DNA of 20,805 nt from Octopus sinensis (Eukaryota): assembly GCF_006345805.1 (NCBI RefSeq), contig NW_021823869.1:1-20805 (forward strand), given 5' to 3'. Both the position numbers and the translations under genes were made by a program. This document shows, in pieces, positions 1-10,824 of this stretch (position 1 is its first letter; every line of letters begins with the position of its first letter). The notes under the pieces are model-generated. The model made no database searches and was not told the origin of the DNA. It worked only from the letters and a program-made list of their open reading frames with translations.

Positions 1-39
1 TGTACATGTAAAACTGCATGCAGGTGTCTATACACACAT

Positions 40-94
40 GTATATATATGTGTGTGTGTGTGTGTATTTATGTCGCTGTCTGTCTGTCTGTCTA

Positions 95-156
<62 letters not shown>

Positions 157-361
157 AAGATAGACAGACAGAGAGACACATACAGACATACATTCATACA
201 TACATGTGAGGATAGATATAGATACATGCATACATAAATATATACACACACATACATACACACACATACATACATACATACATACATACATACATACATA
301 CATACATACATACATACATACATACATACATACATACATGCATACATACATACATACATAC
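40..361. repeat. Compound microsatellite (TG/TC/TA/GA, then a long (CATA)n)
   Basis: Directly visible di- and tetranucleotide runs; (CATA)n at about 266-361. Confidence 0.95.
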
Positions 362-476
362 AAATGTGAATTTACCTTTGTTAAATACATCCCAAAGATG
401 GAGCCTTGTATCTTTGTTGGAAGCCGGCTCCCTCCTCAGTGGAAGATTTATAATAATTAAAAAATAGAAGTGACAT
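362..476 (+). mobile_element. Diverged 3' UTR fragment of the R4/Dong-like LINE
   Basis: CCAAAGATGGAGCCTTGTATCT..GGAAGCCGGCTC resembles the 3' UTR motif at 1057-1100 and 17722-17768; ends in TGACATAAATACATA. Confidence 0.45.
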
Positions 477-484
477 AAATACAT

Positions 485-1142
485 AAACCTGAAGCCAAAG
501 AAATAAGAATCTACAGTATGGTGAAGGCCATAGTTACTCATAATGAAAAGGAGTACTGGTGGAATGTCGTAGTGAAAACCGCAATAAAATATAAGCATAA
601 TAGGCCTGACATAGTAACTGGGGATGGAGGAGAGAAACTGTGAACAGTTGTAGAAATCAGCTGCCAGCGAATGTTAGCATGAAGCTAAAGATCAACGAAA
701 AAAGGAGATACCTACGCTGTACTATCGGGGAATCTACAGCTAGTGTAACGAGAGTTGAAGTTCAGATGTATACCTGTAATTTGGGGGGCACTGAGATATG
801 TAACACAGTGCTAAATACCAATCTTGAGAAATTAGGCTCCTCAAAACCAAAAAGGAGAAAACTGATTCGAAGACTACAGATCTAAGCTATCACTGGAACT
901 GTAAAAATCTGCAAAACTTTCAAGAAGTTTATCAATCAAGTATATATGAGTATATCTAGATGCGCAAATATGCACAAGAACACATACATAAAACAAGATA
1001 TACAAATCTGCACATATACATACACACGAAAGTACCCTGTTGATGTTGTTGAAGTTCCAATGAGGGAACCTTGCATCTAGGATGGAAACCGACTCTTTCT
1101 CCATTGGCAAGATGTCTTGAAATAAAACTGAATAATGACGTA
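485..1142 (+). mobile_element. 5'-truncated, degraded R4/Dong-like non-LTR retrotransposon (restriction-like endonuclease C-terminus plus 3' UTR)
   Basis: Manual translation from 485 across stops and frameshifts: KEYWWNVVVKTAIKYKHNRPDIV..EKL*TVVEISC/PANVSMKLKINEK/..IPVIWGAL..LEKLG..LQI*AITGTVKICKTF. RPDIV..EISCP..K and PVI.GAL are typical RLE motifs. The 3' UTR ends TCTTGAAATAAAACTGAATAATGAC, followed by CATA repeats. Confidence 0.8.
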
Positions 1143-1158
1143 ATACATACATACTGAA

Positions 1159-1568
1159 TACTATTTTACTATTTTACTATTTTACTATTTTACTATTTTA
1201 CTTGTTTCAGTCATTTGACTGCGGCCATGCTGGAGCACCGCCTTTAGTCGAGCAAATCGATCCCAGGACTTATCTTTGTAAGCCCAGTACTTATTCTATC
1301 GGTCTCTTTTGCCGAACCGCTAGGTGAGGGGACGTAAACACACCAGCATCGGTTGTCAGACAATGCTAGGGGGACAACAAACACAACACACACATATATA
1401 TATATATATATACGACAGGCTTCTTTCAGTTCCGTCTACCAAATCCACCACAAGGCATTGGTCGGCCCGGGGCTATAGTAGAAGACACTTGCCCAAGATG
1501 CCACGCAGTGGGACTGAACCCGGAACCATGTGGTTGGTTAGCAAGCTACTTACCACACAGTCACTCCT
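1159..1568 (-). mobile_element. Full-length tRNA-derived SINE, type A
   Basis: Minus-strand head AGGAGTGACTGTGTGGTAAG..GGTTCAGTCCC (A/B-box-like), internal CA/TA microsatellite, (TAAAATAG)n tail; body nearly identical to 10524-10824 and 20584-20805. Confidence 0.9.
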
Positions 1569-2432
1569 ATACACATTCCTTCTCTTTTTTTTATTTTCAT
1601 TTTTAATGACATTATTTCTGGTGTTTGTAAAAGTTAATGGCACCGGATGTGGTTTTAGTTGTGTTTGGGCTTCATCTTACAGCATTTTCTGTGCCACCTG
1701 GCTCGCACCAACGAGTAGTTCTTCTTCTTCTTAACATTCTTGCTATTTATTTTGGTTAGTTCGATTCTCTATCAAAATATCCGAGTTCAGTTTCTGAAAT
1801 GTGAACTTACAATGGTATATGAACGAGAAAATTCATTTTTCTTTCATTTTCAGTAAATGGAGCTCTAGAAAGATAGGTTTTTAAAGTTTGTTGCTGGGTT
1901 TCTCATGAAGTTTCCATGCCCGCCGTAGGAGGCCAACTTCTTCAAGTTTTAAATTTAATTTTACTATTTCTTAATTTTATATGCTTCGCTTTTTGTTGTT
2001 GTTTAAATTTTATTTACTGTCAGAAAGTACAGTATATGGTTTTATACGTCTATATATTCGTGACGAATAAGTATCGGAAATAGCAGAGAACGTAAGAAAT
2101 TTCGGGAATAATTCTTTTTGAGAATAATTCTTTTTACGGGTTTTGCTGATTATATTTTACAGCTTAGAATCTTCCAAATAAAAAACTTCTACATGTATAT
2201 GTTCGTGACGAACAGGTGTCGTAAGCAGCGTATAAGCATGCGATAGACAGGTAAATAGGATTTAGATATATTCAAATAGCAAGGTAAAATAAAACTGAGA
2301 TACAAATGTAAAACTAACCCAATCCATTCCTGTAGAAATGGGAGCCGGCGGATAAGTGAAACTCATAAAATATATAAATACTAGCATACCCGTGTCTTTA
2401 AAAGTGCTGACAGTTTATATATATATACACAT

Positions 2433-2813
2433 CGTGGCACTCTTATGACGACAAGGGTTCAATTTGATCCGACCAACGGAACAGCCTGCTCGTGAAATTA
2501 ACGTGCAAGTGGTTGAGCACTCCACAGACACTTGTGCCCTTAACGTAGTTCTCGGGGAGATTCAGTGTGACACAGAGTGTGACAAGGCTGACCCTTTGAA
2601 ATACAGGTACAACAGAAGCAGGAAGAAAGAGTAAGAGAAGGTTGTGGTGAAAGAGTACATCAGGGCTCACCCACCTCACCCCGCTGCCGGGACCTCGTGC
2701 AGCTTTAGGTGTTTTCGCTCAATAAACACTCACAACGCCCGGTCTGTGGATCGAAACCATGATCCTACGACCGCGAGTCCGCTGCCCTAACCACTGGGCC
2801 ACTGTGACTCCAC
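2433..2813 (-). mobile_element. Full-length tRNA-derived SINE, type B
   Basis: Minus-strand head TGGCCCAGTGGTTAGGGC..GGTTTCGATCC; head matches 10825-10979 and 3' half matches 20172-20350. Confidence 0.9.
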
Positions 2814-2848
2814 ATATACATACATACACACATACATATGGTGTGCCT

Positions 2849-2924
2849 CCTTCCGTTTCCGTCAACCAAATCTACTCACAAGTCTTTAGTCGGCCCTGGG
2901 CTATAATAGAAGACACTTGCTGAA
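2849..2924 (-). mobile_element. Internal fragment of type A SINE
   Basis: TTTCCGTCAACCAAATCTACTCACAAG..GGCTATAATAGAAGACACTTGC matches 1428-1493. Confidence 0.8.
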
Positions 2925-3059
2925 CATATTAATCTATGCATGTGCGCACACACACGCACATACACTCACACGCACTCACACACACACTCACACACACACG
3001 CATACACACATACCGATTCATACATATACACGTATATATATACATATATATAGTATATA

Positions 3060-3290
3060 TATATTATATTAAATTAGAGACAAAACCACTATTATGCAGA
3101 TCAAACAATGAAAGACTTAAACCAATACATAAATTAATTTATATTATTTAGATATGTAACAATTATTAAAAAATATAATTAATAATTTTTTGTCTCTAAT
3201 TTAATATAATATAATATTTTACTATAAAATTGGATTCAACCTAAATCTGATTTTTCCCTGTAAGTTTGGATTTATTCCCTAATATTTATT
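3060..3290. repeat. Inverted-repeat element in (TA)n, with 26-bp arms and a one-sided extension
   Basis: 3060-3085 TATATTATATTAAATTAGAGACAAAA is the exact reverse complement of 3188-3213; TA runs on both sides. Confidence 0.65.
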
Positions 3291-3298
3291 ATATATAT

Positions 3299-3345
<47 letters not shown>

Positions 3346-3593
3346 ACATCTATGCATGTGCATACGTATGTCCATGGGATTGTGTTTCCGTGTGTGTCTG
3401 CGCGCGCATGTTCACTGGAATTAGGAAGATCGGTGTGAAAGATTGATGGAATCAGTGTCGCCAATAATTTCGTTTGTGACGTGTGAAGTATCTTATCCTT
3501 TAGATGCAAAGAGGAATTCAGGATTAGCGACAGAAAGGGCAAGCATACACAGACAACACTAAAACAAAAGACAGTAAAAACAGGAAAGAATAT

Positions 3594-3686
3594 ATAACAT
3601 ATATATGCACATGCATATATATATATACAACATATATATATATATATTGTATGTGTGTTGTCTGTGTGTGTATGTATATATATATG

Positions 3687-3727
<41 letters not shown>

Positions 3728-3748
3728 TATGTATGTATGTATATATAT

Positions 3749-3794
<46 letters not shown>

Positions 3795-3820
3795 TATGTA
3801 TGTATGTATGTATACATATT
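3594..3820. repeat. Compound (TA)n/(TATG)n microsatellite
   Basis: Directly visible; the block (TA)n-GGTATGTATGTATGTA occurs twice. Confidence 0.9.
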
Positions 3821-4008
3821 TACATAAAGAGGTGATAAATTGAATATTAATTTAATTAACATTAGTTTAAAACCAGTGGTCTATCACATAGAAAAATCTG
3901 AAAATTCAGAAAAATTGTATTACTTGCGTATAAGAAGTTATGACCACTAAGTGGACATCCAATATGCTAGAAATAGATCACCTACGATCTAACCACAAAG
4001 GAAGAGAA

Positions 4009-4055
<47 letters not shown>

Positions 4056-4741
4056 TACGTGCAAGATGATATCTTGAAAACAAAAGTGTTCAATATTTAA
4101 TTTCTTATATATTTATGCGGATGTTTTAGTGTGTGAAATCGATAACATACAATTTAATTTAATTAAAAAAATTTTGCAGTTTTATTTTGATTAATGTACC
4201 AAGGACACCAAACCAAAAACTCTCACTACACCTTCCTACATTTAGCGTCTCTGACCGTAACGCACTCTCGCACTTGTTGTTGTTTTGGTTTCCCTCTACC
4301 AACGTAACCGACGTCGAACACATTGCGTTTTATCACATATGAGATTATATCCTAAATTCTGAATTCAACTTTGTTTAAAATATTAGGGGTCGTTGATCCA
4401 AAAATCCGATTTATGGTTGTAAAATGTGGTTAATTTTGAACGTATAAGTAAGTTATCTCGATATAATTTACTTAATTTTCAGTTATAATATGTAATTTGT
4501 CCATGTTCTATCAGTGAAGCACAATGTCCACAAAACGAACCGTTTCCATGCTACAGAGATTTTGGACAAATTATTCTAGTTGTCATTTATATATATATGT
4601 ATATTTATATATATGTGTGTGTGTGTGTATAATATATTATATATATATGTATACTCAGACCCACAGACCATATATATAAATATATATATATATGTATGTA
4701 TATATACTCAGACGAACAGACAGACACACAGACACAAAAAC

Positions 4742-4776
<35 letters not shown>

Positions 4777-4787
4777 AAGATAGATAA

Positions 4788-5464
4788 GTTTCTTTATTGG
4801 CCACACAGGGCTGCACACAGATGGGACAAGTTACAAGGTAGAGCTTTTCTTTGGGGAGGGTGAAAAAACTAAAACAAAAAAAGAACAAAAGAAAAAAATA
4901 AAGGTGGCGTAGGTTTTCGATCAAAAGGGATCGTAAAAGTGAAAAAAGAACAAAAAAAAGAAAAGAAAAGATAAAAAAAAGGAAAAGGAACAAAAGAAAA
5001 GAAAATGAAAAAAGAAGAAAAAAGAGGAAAAAAAGAGGGAAGAGGAAAAAAAACGATCAATAGGGATCGTGTATCACAGTGTCATGATGTATGGTGTAAA
5101 GGGGAAAGCAAGTAAGGTTTATCCGTGAGAAGAAAAACCTACGGAAAAGACCACGGTAACCTTGGTCAATATTGTTATATATTACCACATTTGTTTGCAA
5201 GTGGGTAACCCTCTGTTTTCAATTTCTGGGTTCATAGGATTATGCTCAAGGTGGCTTCGTCATTCATACGTGCCATCCTTGCTACATTCACCCATCTTTT
5301 TTTAAAAATTCGCTAGACAAAACTTGCCTCTCTACTCTCACTTCCTTTTCAAGTGGTACTTGAAGAAGTTGATGAGAGGTGACCAGAGAGGAAAGTGTTT
5401 GTCTCCAATCCTTTCAGACGCGTCCACCAGATACATTCTTTCGCCATAGCCACAAGGATGATGA

Positions 5465-5465
<1 letters not shown>
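4788..5465 (-). mobile_element. 5'-truncated Tx1/L1-like LINE (ORF2 C-terminus plus 3' UTR), flanked by (GATA)n
   Basis: Minus translation with frameshifts: FIILVAMAKECIWWTRLKG../LINFFKYHLKRK/VRVERQVLSSE/FKKRWVNVARMARMNDEATLSIIL*, stop at 5232-5234. The AK..IW..R and F...W pattern fits Tx1/L1 ORF2 ends. U-rich 3' UTR with terminal AATAAAGAAA. Confidence 0.75.
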
Positions 5466-5546
<81 letters not shown>

Positions 5547-5569
5547 GAATAGATGGCTACATACATACA

Positions 5570-5608
5570 TCTATTGGCAAAAAAATCTTGAAATAAACTG
5601 AATAATAA
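5570..5608 (+). mobile_element. Extreme 3' end (about 39 bp) of the R4/Dong-like LINE within (CATA)n
   Basis: TCTATTGGCAAAAAAATCTTGAAATAAACTGAATAATAA matches 1099-1138 and 17766-17803; CATA repeats on both sides. Confidence 0.75.
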
Positions 5609-6313
5609 CATACATACATACATACATACATACATACATACATACATACATACATACATAAAAAAGTGCCCTGGACTCTACATTTCCCCGTTGGTTGAAG
5701 ACGATTCAAAGAAACAAGGTTGTGTTTGTACAACGACGAGCATTGGAACCAAATCTGTAATGCCAGCAGCCCTATGTGTGATTTCTATAGTCAGAACTGG
5801 AGGAATGGTTTCCCACCGAATTCGAAGAACACAAATGGTGTTTTCTTTTTCGACAGTTTTTGAATCTCGTTTGCAATAAATTTACGAAATTCTGGCAATT
5901 CTGAAGAAAGACAGGTAACAAATGAAATAGAGGAAGCCGAAAGTGAAATGTTTATAATACTGTTTAGCTGTCTCCGTCTGGTGATCGATAGAGCAGCACC
6001 GTTTTATTCATGCTAAATTTACCTGTACTTTCGGCGGTAACGATACAGAAACAATCGATTCAAGGAATGATTTCCCCGAAGGAATTATTTTATAGCAATT
6101 CCTTCACTCTTCATAATAGGTGAGAAGGCCTTTTACCTCTGTGCAAGTTAACTTAATTTCCTTCAGCGAAATGGATTCCACAGGAGTTGCAGCTAAGTCC
6201 GTTACATTATCACTAAATCCGAGCAGAAGAACGCTTATTAGCAAATTCAGTTAATACGATTCCAATTGAATTTCGTTTGCCAGAAAGAGCGCTTCCACCT
6301 GTAAGTATATATA

Positions 6314-6349
<36 letters not shown>

Positions 6350-6353
<4 letters not shown>

Positions 6354-6658
6354 GAAATATTAAAATTACTAAGTCTCTCTAAAGGAGATTACGGCAGCGT
6401 TACTGGATATTAATAGTTATCGCCATAGTAATATGGCAGTCTATAAATATAAGACTAAAGCCGTCGCTGATTAGCTCCAAGACATCTGCAGATGTCTGAC
6501 TAGCAAGGTGAAGCGGCTGACCTTCCCTGTTCGAAGGTTGTAATGGACGCAGGTTCGTGTGACATATACCTAGCTAGAGGCGTGGCCTCTTGGAGCTAAT
6601 CAGCGACAGCTTTAGTCTTATATTTATAGACTTCCATATTAGTATGGCGATAACTATT

Positions 6659-6663
<5 letters not shown>
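6350..6663. mobile_element. Foldback/MITE-like or Penelope-like inverted-repeat element in (TA)n
   Basis: 76-bp arms 6407-6482 and 6588-6663 with 3 mismatches, 105-bp spacer, extra unpaired sequence 6350-6406, (TA)n on both sides. Confidence 0.7.
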
Positions 6664-6692
<29 letters not shown>

Positions 6693-6913
6693 ACCTTATA
6701 CCCTTAGTCCGACAAAATATATTTTGTTTCACCACAGTGCTTCGTTAGACATTGAACTAAGTGGTGTGGTTCAGCCGATTTAATAGGGACTGGGTAGAAG
6801 GATAGATACAAAAGTAAAGAATAGTGGGTAGGGTGTGGTACTGGACAAAATGGAAGTCTACATAATACCCAGAAGATGGTTGAGGCGTGAGATCATTTAC
6901 AAAATCTGTAATA

Positions 6914-7309
6914 TCTCTCTATATATAAACGGCAGTTTGTCTGTGCGTTTTCTGTGTGTCTGTTTTCTCGTACCCTCACTCTGACCACGGCTTTCAACCG
7001 ATTCTGATGAAACTTGACACACACATAGCCCAATGTCATAATTTAAAACTAACGCAGCGAAAATTTTGAAAAGTTCCCCCAGTTCTGAAAAAAATCGATA
7101 AATTCGACATGGGGTCGAGAATCAGAAACACAAACCACAGACAGTCTAGGGGACGCAACTCCACCTGTTTTAACTCTCAAAAAAAATTTACCATAATTTT
7201 TTTTTCCATTTTTTTCCCATTTTTTTGCTATTTTTTGGCTATAACTCTCTAAAAATGCTTTATAGTTATTTCCCTTACAAACCTGAGCAACGCCGGGCGA
7301 TACTGCTAG
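6914..7309 (+). mobile_element. Non-autonomous Helitron
   Basis: 5' TC(TCTCTATATATAAA), subterminal GC-rich hairpin CCTGAGCAACGCCGGG, 3' CTAG; inserted between A (6913) and T (7310) with no TSD. Confidence 0.85.
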
Positions 7310-7559
7310 TATGGTAATAAATTGGAAATATATAAATGGTTATTGAGCTGAGGTTGGTGCCAGTAATATACGTGAAGTGTCGACAAAGGGAATCGGTATT
7401 TCTTATTAGTAATTACGAAGGGAACATGCGGGAACCGGCGTAATGCAGTTCCTTGGGGATACGAGAACAGGTGTGTGAGGGGGGTGGGGCTCTGAGATTG
7501 TTGTAGGGTAGGGCAGACTTTCGCAGGCTAAAATAAAACGCTGGTAATGCGCCAGGTTG

Positions 7560-7962
7560 TAATAACTCTTTCTTCCATCGGTAGAAGACTTGGAATTTTG
7601 AGGGGAGGGGGGTCAAGCTGATTTGATTTCATCGAAACCCAGTGCTCCACTGGTGCGCTTATTTGTATATTGACTCCTGCGTTCTGAGTTCGAATTCCGC
7701 CGAGGTCGACTTCGCCGTTTATCCATTGGGGGTAGTTGAAACAAGTAGCAGTTATGCACTTGGGTCGATGTAATTGACTAGCCCCCTTCCCCCCAAAAAA
7801 ATGTTCGAGGCTTTGTGCCTAGAGTAGAATGAATTATATATCGACTGTGAAAGGATGAACGACAAAGTCGATCTCAGCTGAATTCGAACTCAGAACGTAA
7901 GGATCCGGGACACATACCGCTCAACATTTTGCTCGACTTGCTACCAATTCTGTCAGCTCACC
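7560..7962 (-). mobile_element. Type E SINE, split by a nested antisense copy
   Basis: 7560-7675 and 7837-7962 together match the reverse complement of 11856-12069. Confidence 0.75.
7678..7836 (+). mobile_element. 5'-truncated type E SINE nested in the opposite-strand copy
   Basis: CGTTCTGAGTTCGAATTCCGCCGAGGTCGAC..GTCGATGTAATTGAC..TGCCTAGAGTAGAA aligns to 11916-12060; flanked by TATATTGACT / TATATCGACT (TSD-like). Confidence 0.75.
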
Positions 7963-9139
7963 TAGCGTGACTTAAAAACAAAAGAATAAAGTAAACGGGA
8001 TTAATTTTATTATTTCATTCCTATAAGTACGCTCCAATGATACAAGTTAATGAGATTTATTTTTTAAGGAAATAATCACAATTTTTTTTATTGTTTCCCT
8101 CCTGAACAAGTAATGCTCATGAAGTTGTGCCACTGACATTTACGTAAAGGAATGATGTAATTAAATTAATCTGTCTTATAGTTCTCTTGCTGTTCAATCA
8201 TGATATGTGCCGTGTGCTTCTTACAGTCTGTGCATCTGAATCATACAATTATGTGATATTTTCCAGGCGTATTTATTGAACTGCAACAGAGGATACGTAC
8301 AAAGTAAGGGCAACTCTGAAACGATCTAGAAGTTAAGGTTTGCAAGTTGTCAGAGAGAATGTTTAGTTAGGAAATCAACATTGATTCCTAATATTGACAT
8401 AAAATGTTGCTGAAGGATATTTGAAGATTTGTTCAATTCTTAGCTGATATTTTAAACGTAAAGAAGCTCAAATATACACCTGGTAGTATATTGTTCAACG
8501 TTCTGTTGTTTCTGAAACTGAACTGCTAAACAGAAACAAAAAGTGCTGTTAAATATGAAAATAAAATAAAAGAACATCTGTGAAGGCAAACGTTTCTTCG
8601 CTCCCTTTTTGTACATGTCCCTCTATTATTTCCTTCAAGAAATAATGGCTTTGAATAACGATTAATACGAAATATTAGATTTCGTTATTTCTCAGGGCAC
8701 CCGAATATTAGTCAACTCTATACTTTCTAATCTAATATTGGCAAGGGAGCGACAATTCTAATTGTAGTAAATTTATGAGAAATACGTCGATGATTATTAT
8801 TCCGTTTTGTTGTTGTCTAACGTAGTTTCAGAGTAATAAGATGCCTAAACACACTTGTACCGTATTTTCTTCGAAATTGCCTTCACAACGATGTTAAGGT
8901 AAAGTGCAGGCGACTGTGTGTTTGGAAAATATTGGTTCCAAATCGGTGTAAATAATGATATTCGTCAACGTCTCTCGCCATTTAGACTTCGCTTATACCA
9001 GCCAAAAGAAATTAGATTTTTTCTGGTTCGGGAAACTCTTTTAAATTTGATTTGCTTTGTGAGAGCTTATTTGAAAACAGTCCAAAAATAACCAAAATTG
9101 GAATGAACTTTGGAATACTGCTATAATAATATTTGCATT

Positions 9140-9263
9140 ATGATGAGAATGCCTGCAGTCAGGACTGTGGTATTGACGGCATTGTATGCCAGCGTTTTTC
9201 TCTTTTCACTCACGAGTTCGAAACACCCCGTGAGTCACCGTGCCATGGGTGCAGTGAATCAAG
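9140..9263 (+). CDS. Probable first coding exon of a secreted or membrane protein (signal peptide); product unknown, partial
   Basis: ATG..MMRMPAVRTVVLTALYASVFLFSLTSSKHPVSHRAMGAVNQ plus 1 nt; basic n-region, hydrophobic core and small-residue cleavage region; consensus donor AAG|GTGAGT (phase 1); GC-richer than flanks and inside a ~1.8 kb repeat-free block. Confidence 0.6.
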
Positions 9264-9756
9264 GTGAGTTCATATACTAAATTTAACATATAAAATTATT
9301 AGCAACAACTATATCAAAATTAAAAGAGATACACTGTTGAAAGCCTTCTAACCTGTGGTGTAAGTCTCGAGGAAGAATCTTTTGCAGTTATATCATATTA
9401 AAAATACACAGAAAGGTATCAACAGTAAATATTTTCAATATTTCTGAGATTTTTAACACTATACATTTATAAGAAATTATTTCTCGAGACGAAGCCTTTA
9501 ACAATATATTTACTTAAATATTATATACAGATCGCTAATTTGGACTAATACTGCTTCGTCGCTAATAACGAGTATGAAGTATATATCAGCATCGTATTGG
9601 AGTTGAATTATATAGTTTCTCCTACAAACTGTGGCCTTGAGAGTAAGCAGTATTTGTAAATATAAATAGCATTATATTGTATTCAGTTATATGTTATATA
9701 TTATCTATATATTAATACACTAAAACCGAATACGAAACGCTGACGAATGCGTTACG

Positions 9757-10125
9757 ATGAAGAGAGAGGCGAAGAGTGAGAGAAAAACGAGAGAGAAAAA
9801 GAGGGAAAGAGGAAAAGAGGGAGAGATAAAAAGTGGTCGGGAGAAGTGTTAACACGTGATGTTGGGGAAAGTAATAGTTATTGCGCTAAGACCCTGTTAA
9901 ATATTTAGTTGAAGGGAGAAAGGAAATGAGAAGGAGAGGGAGTGTTAGCGCTGAGAAATAAGAGAAAGGTATTGTTATTACGTTGTGTGGTTAGTTGGAG
10001 AAAGAGGTAGAAAGAAGATACAGTGAGAGGGAGAGAGAGAGAGAAAGAGAGAGAGTTAAACATATCAAGTACAGGGGCGCGTGGTATGGTTGGAGGGAGA
10101 GGCAAAGAGGGACAGTGAGAGAATG
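9757..10125 (+). repeat. Purine-rich (GA) low-complexity tract
   Basis: Strong G/A strand bias with short (GA)n runs. Confidence 0.6.
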
Positions 10126-10523
10126 AGTTTTGACTGAAATGAACGCGGGAGGGGAAAGTTGTTGCGTGATTTTAAACGTGGCAGAGTAGAATGCTGTGAA
10201 AGATAATAAAAGGAAAGTTTAGTTGTTGCTACAAGTTTTAATGTTCAGCCGTTTCTATATCTTCAAGATATAATGACACATAGTTAAGTTAGAGTATAAA
10301 GAAAAACGAAGAGAGAAAAGGAAAAAAAGGGAAAACATGAAACCATACAAAAAAAACATAAAGGAAAGCCAATGAAACGGGAAAAAGCTACAAAAATTCA
10401 ACAGTTGTTCGAAGTTAAATCAAAGTGAAATCATCTTATCATGTAGTTGTGGAGGCTGATTCTTACCTGTTTGTGCGTAGCAGCCCAAAAACTGACGTCA
10501 TACTGGGGAACCACAATCATATA

Positions 10524-10824
10524 TACTCTTTACTCTTTTACTCTTTTACTTGTTTCAGTCCTTTGACTGTGGCCATGCTGGAGCACCGCCTTTTTTAGTC
10601 GAGCAAATCGACCCCAGGACTTATTCTTTGTAAGCCTAGTACTTATTCTATCGGTCGCTTTTGCCGAACCGCTAAGTTACGGTGAGATAAACACACCGGC
10701 ATCAGTTGTCAAGCGATGTTGGAGGGGGGGGCGGAGACAAACACAGACACACAAACATACACACATATATATTTATACATATATACGACAGGCTTCTTTC
10801 AGTTTCCGTCTACCAAATTCACTC
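10524..10824 (-). mobile_element. Type A SINE, body and tail only
   Basis: Matches 1195-1450; (TAAAAGAG)n tail; the type A head is absent. Confidence 0.9.

Noticed and set aside
2379-2430. Helitron-like end ACTAGCATACCCGTG on the minus strand
   Set aside because: No convincing hairpin or homology to the two clear Helitrons
3820-4008. Complex insert between microsatellites, possibly a retroelement fragment
   Set aside because: No diagnostic termini, ORF or second copy in the window
5857-5914. Possible 58-nt + strand exon (TTTTCTTTTTCGACAG| ... CAG|GTAACA), perhaps 5' UTR
   Set aside because: Splice-like motifs only; common by chance in AT-rich DNA and unsupported without RNA data
6138-6306. 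Minus-strand acceptor followed by GSALSGKRNSIGIVLTEFANKRSSARI* (neuropeptide-like GKR/KR), or a + strand donor at 6301
   Set aside because: Short, no compatible upstream exon found, no repeated peptide motif
7478-7514. Potential G-quadruplex
   Set aside because: Needs a long central loop, and there is no supporting context
10467-10502. 36-nt minus-strand micro-exon with CAG|GTAAGA donor, containing TGACGTCA
   Set aside because: Weak acceptor abutting a SINE tail, no partner exon, and a single CRE 8-mer is not significant
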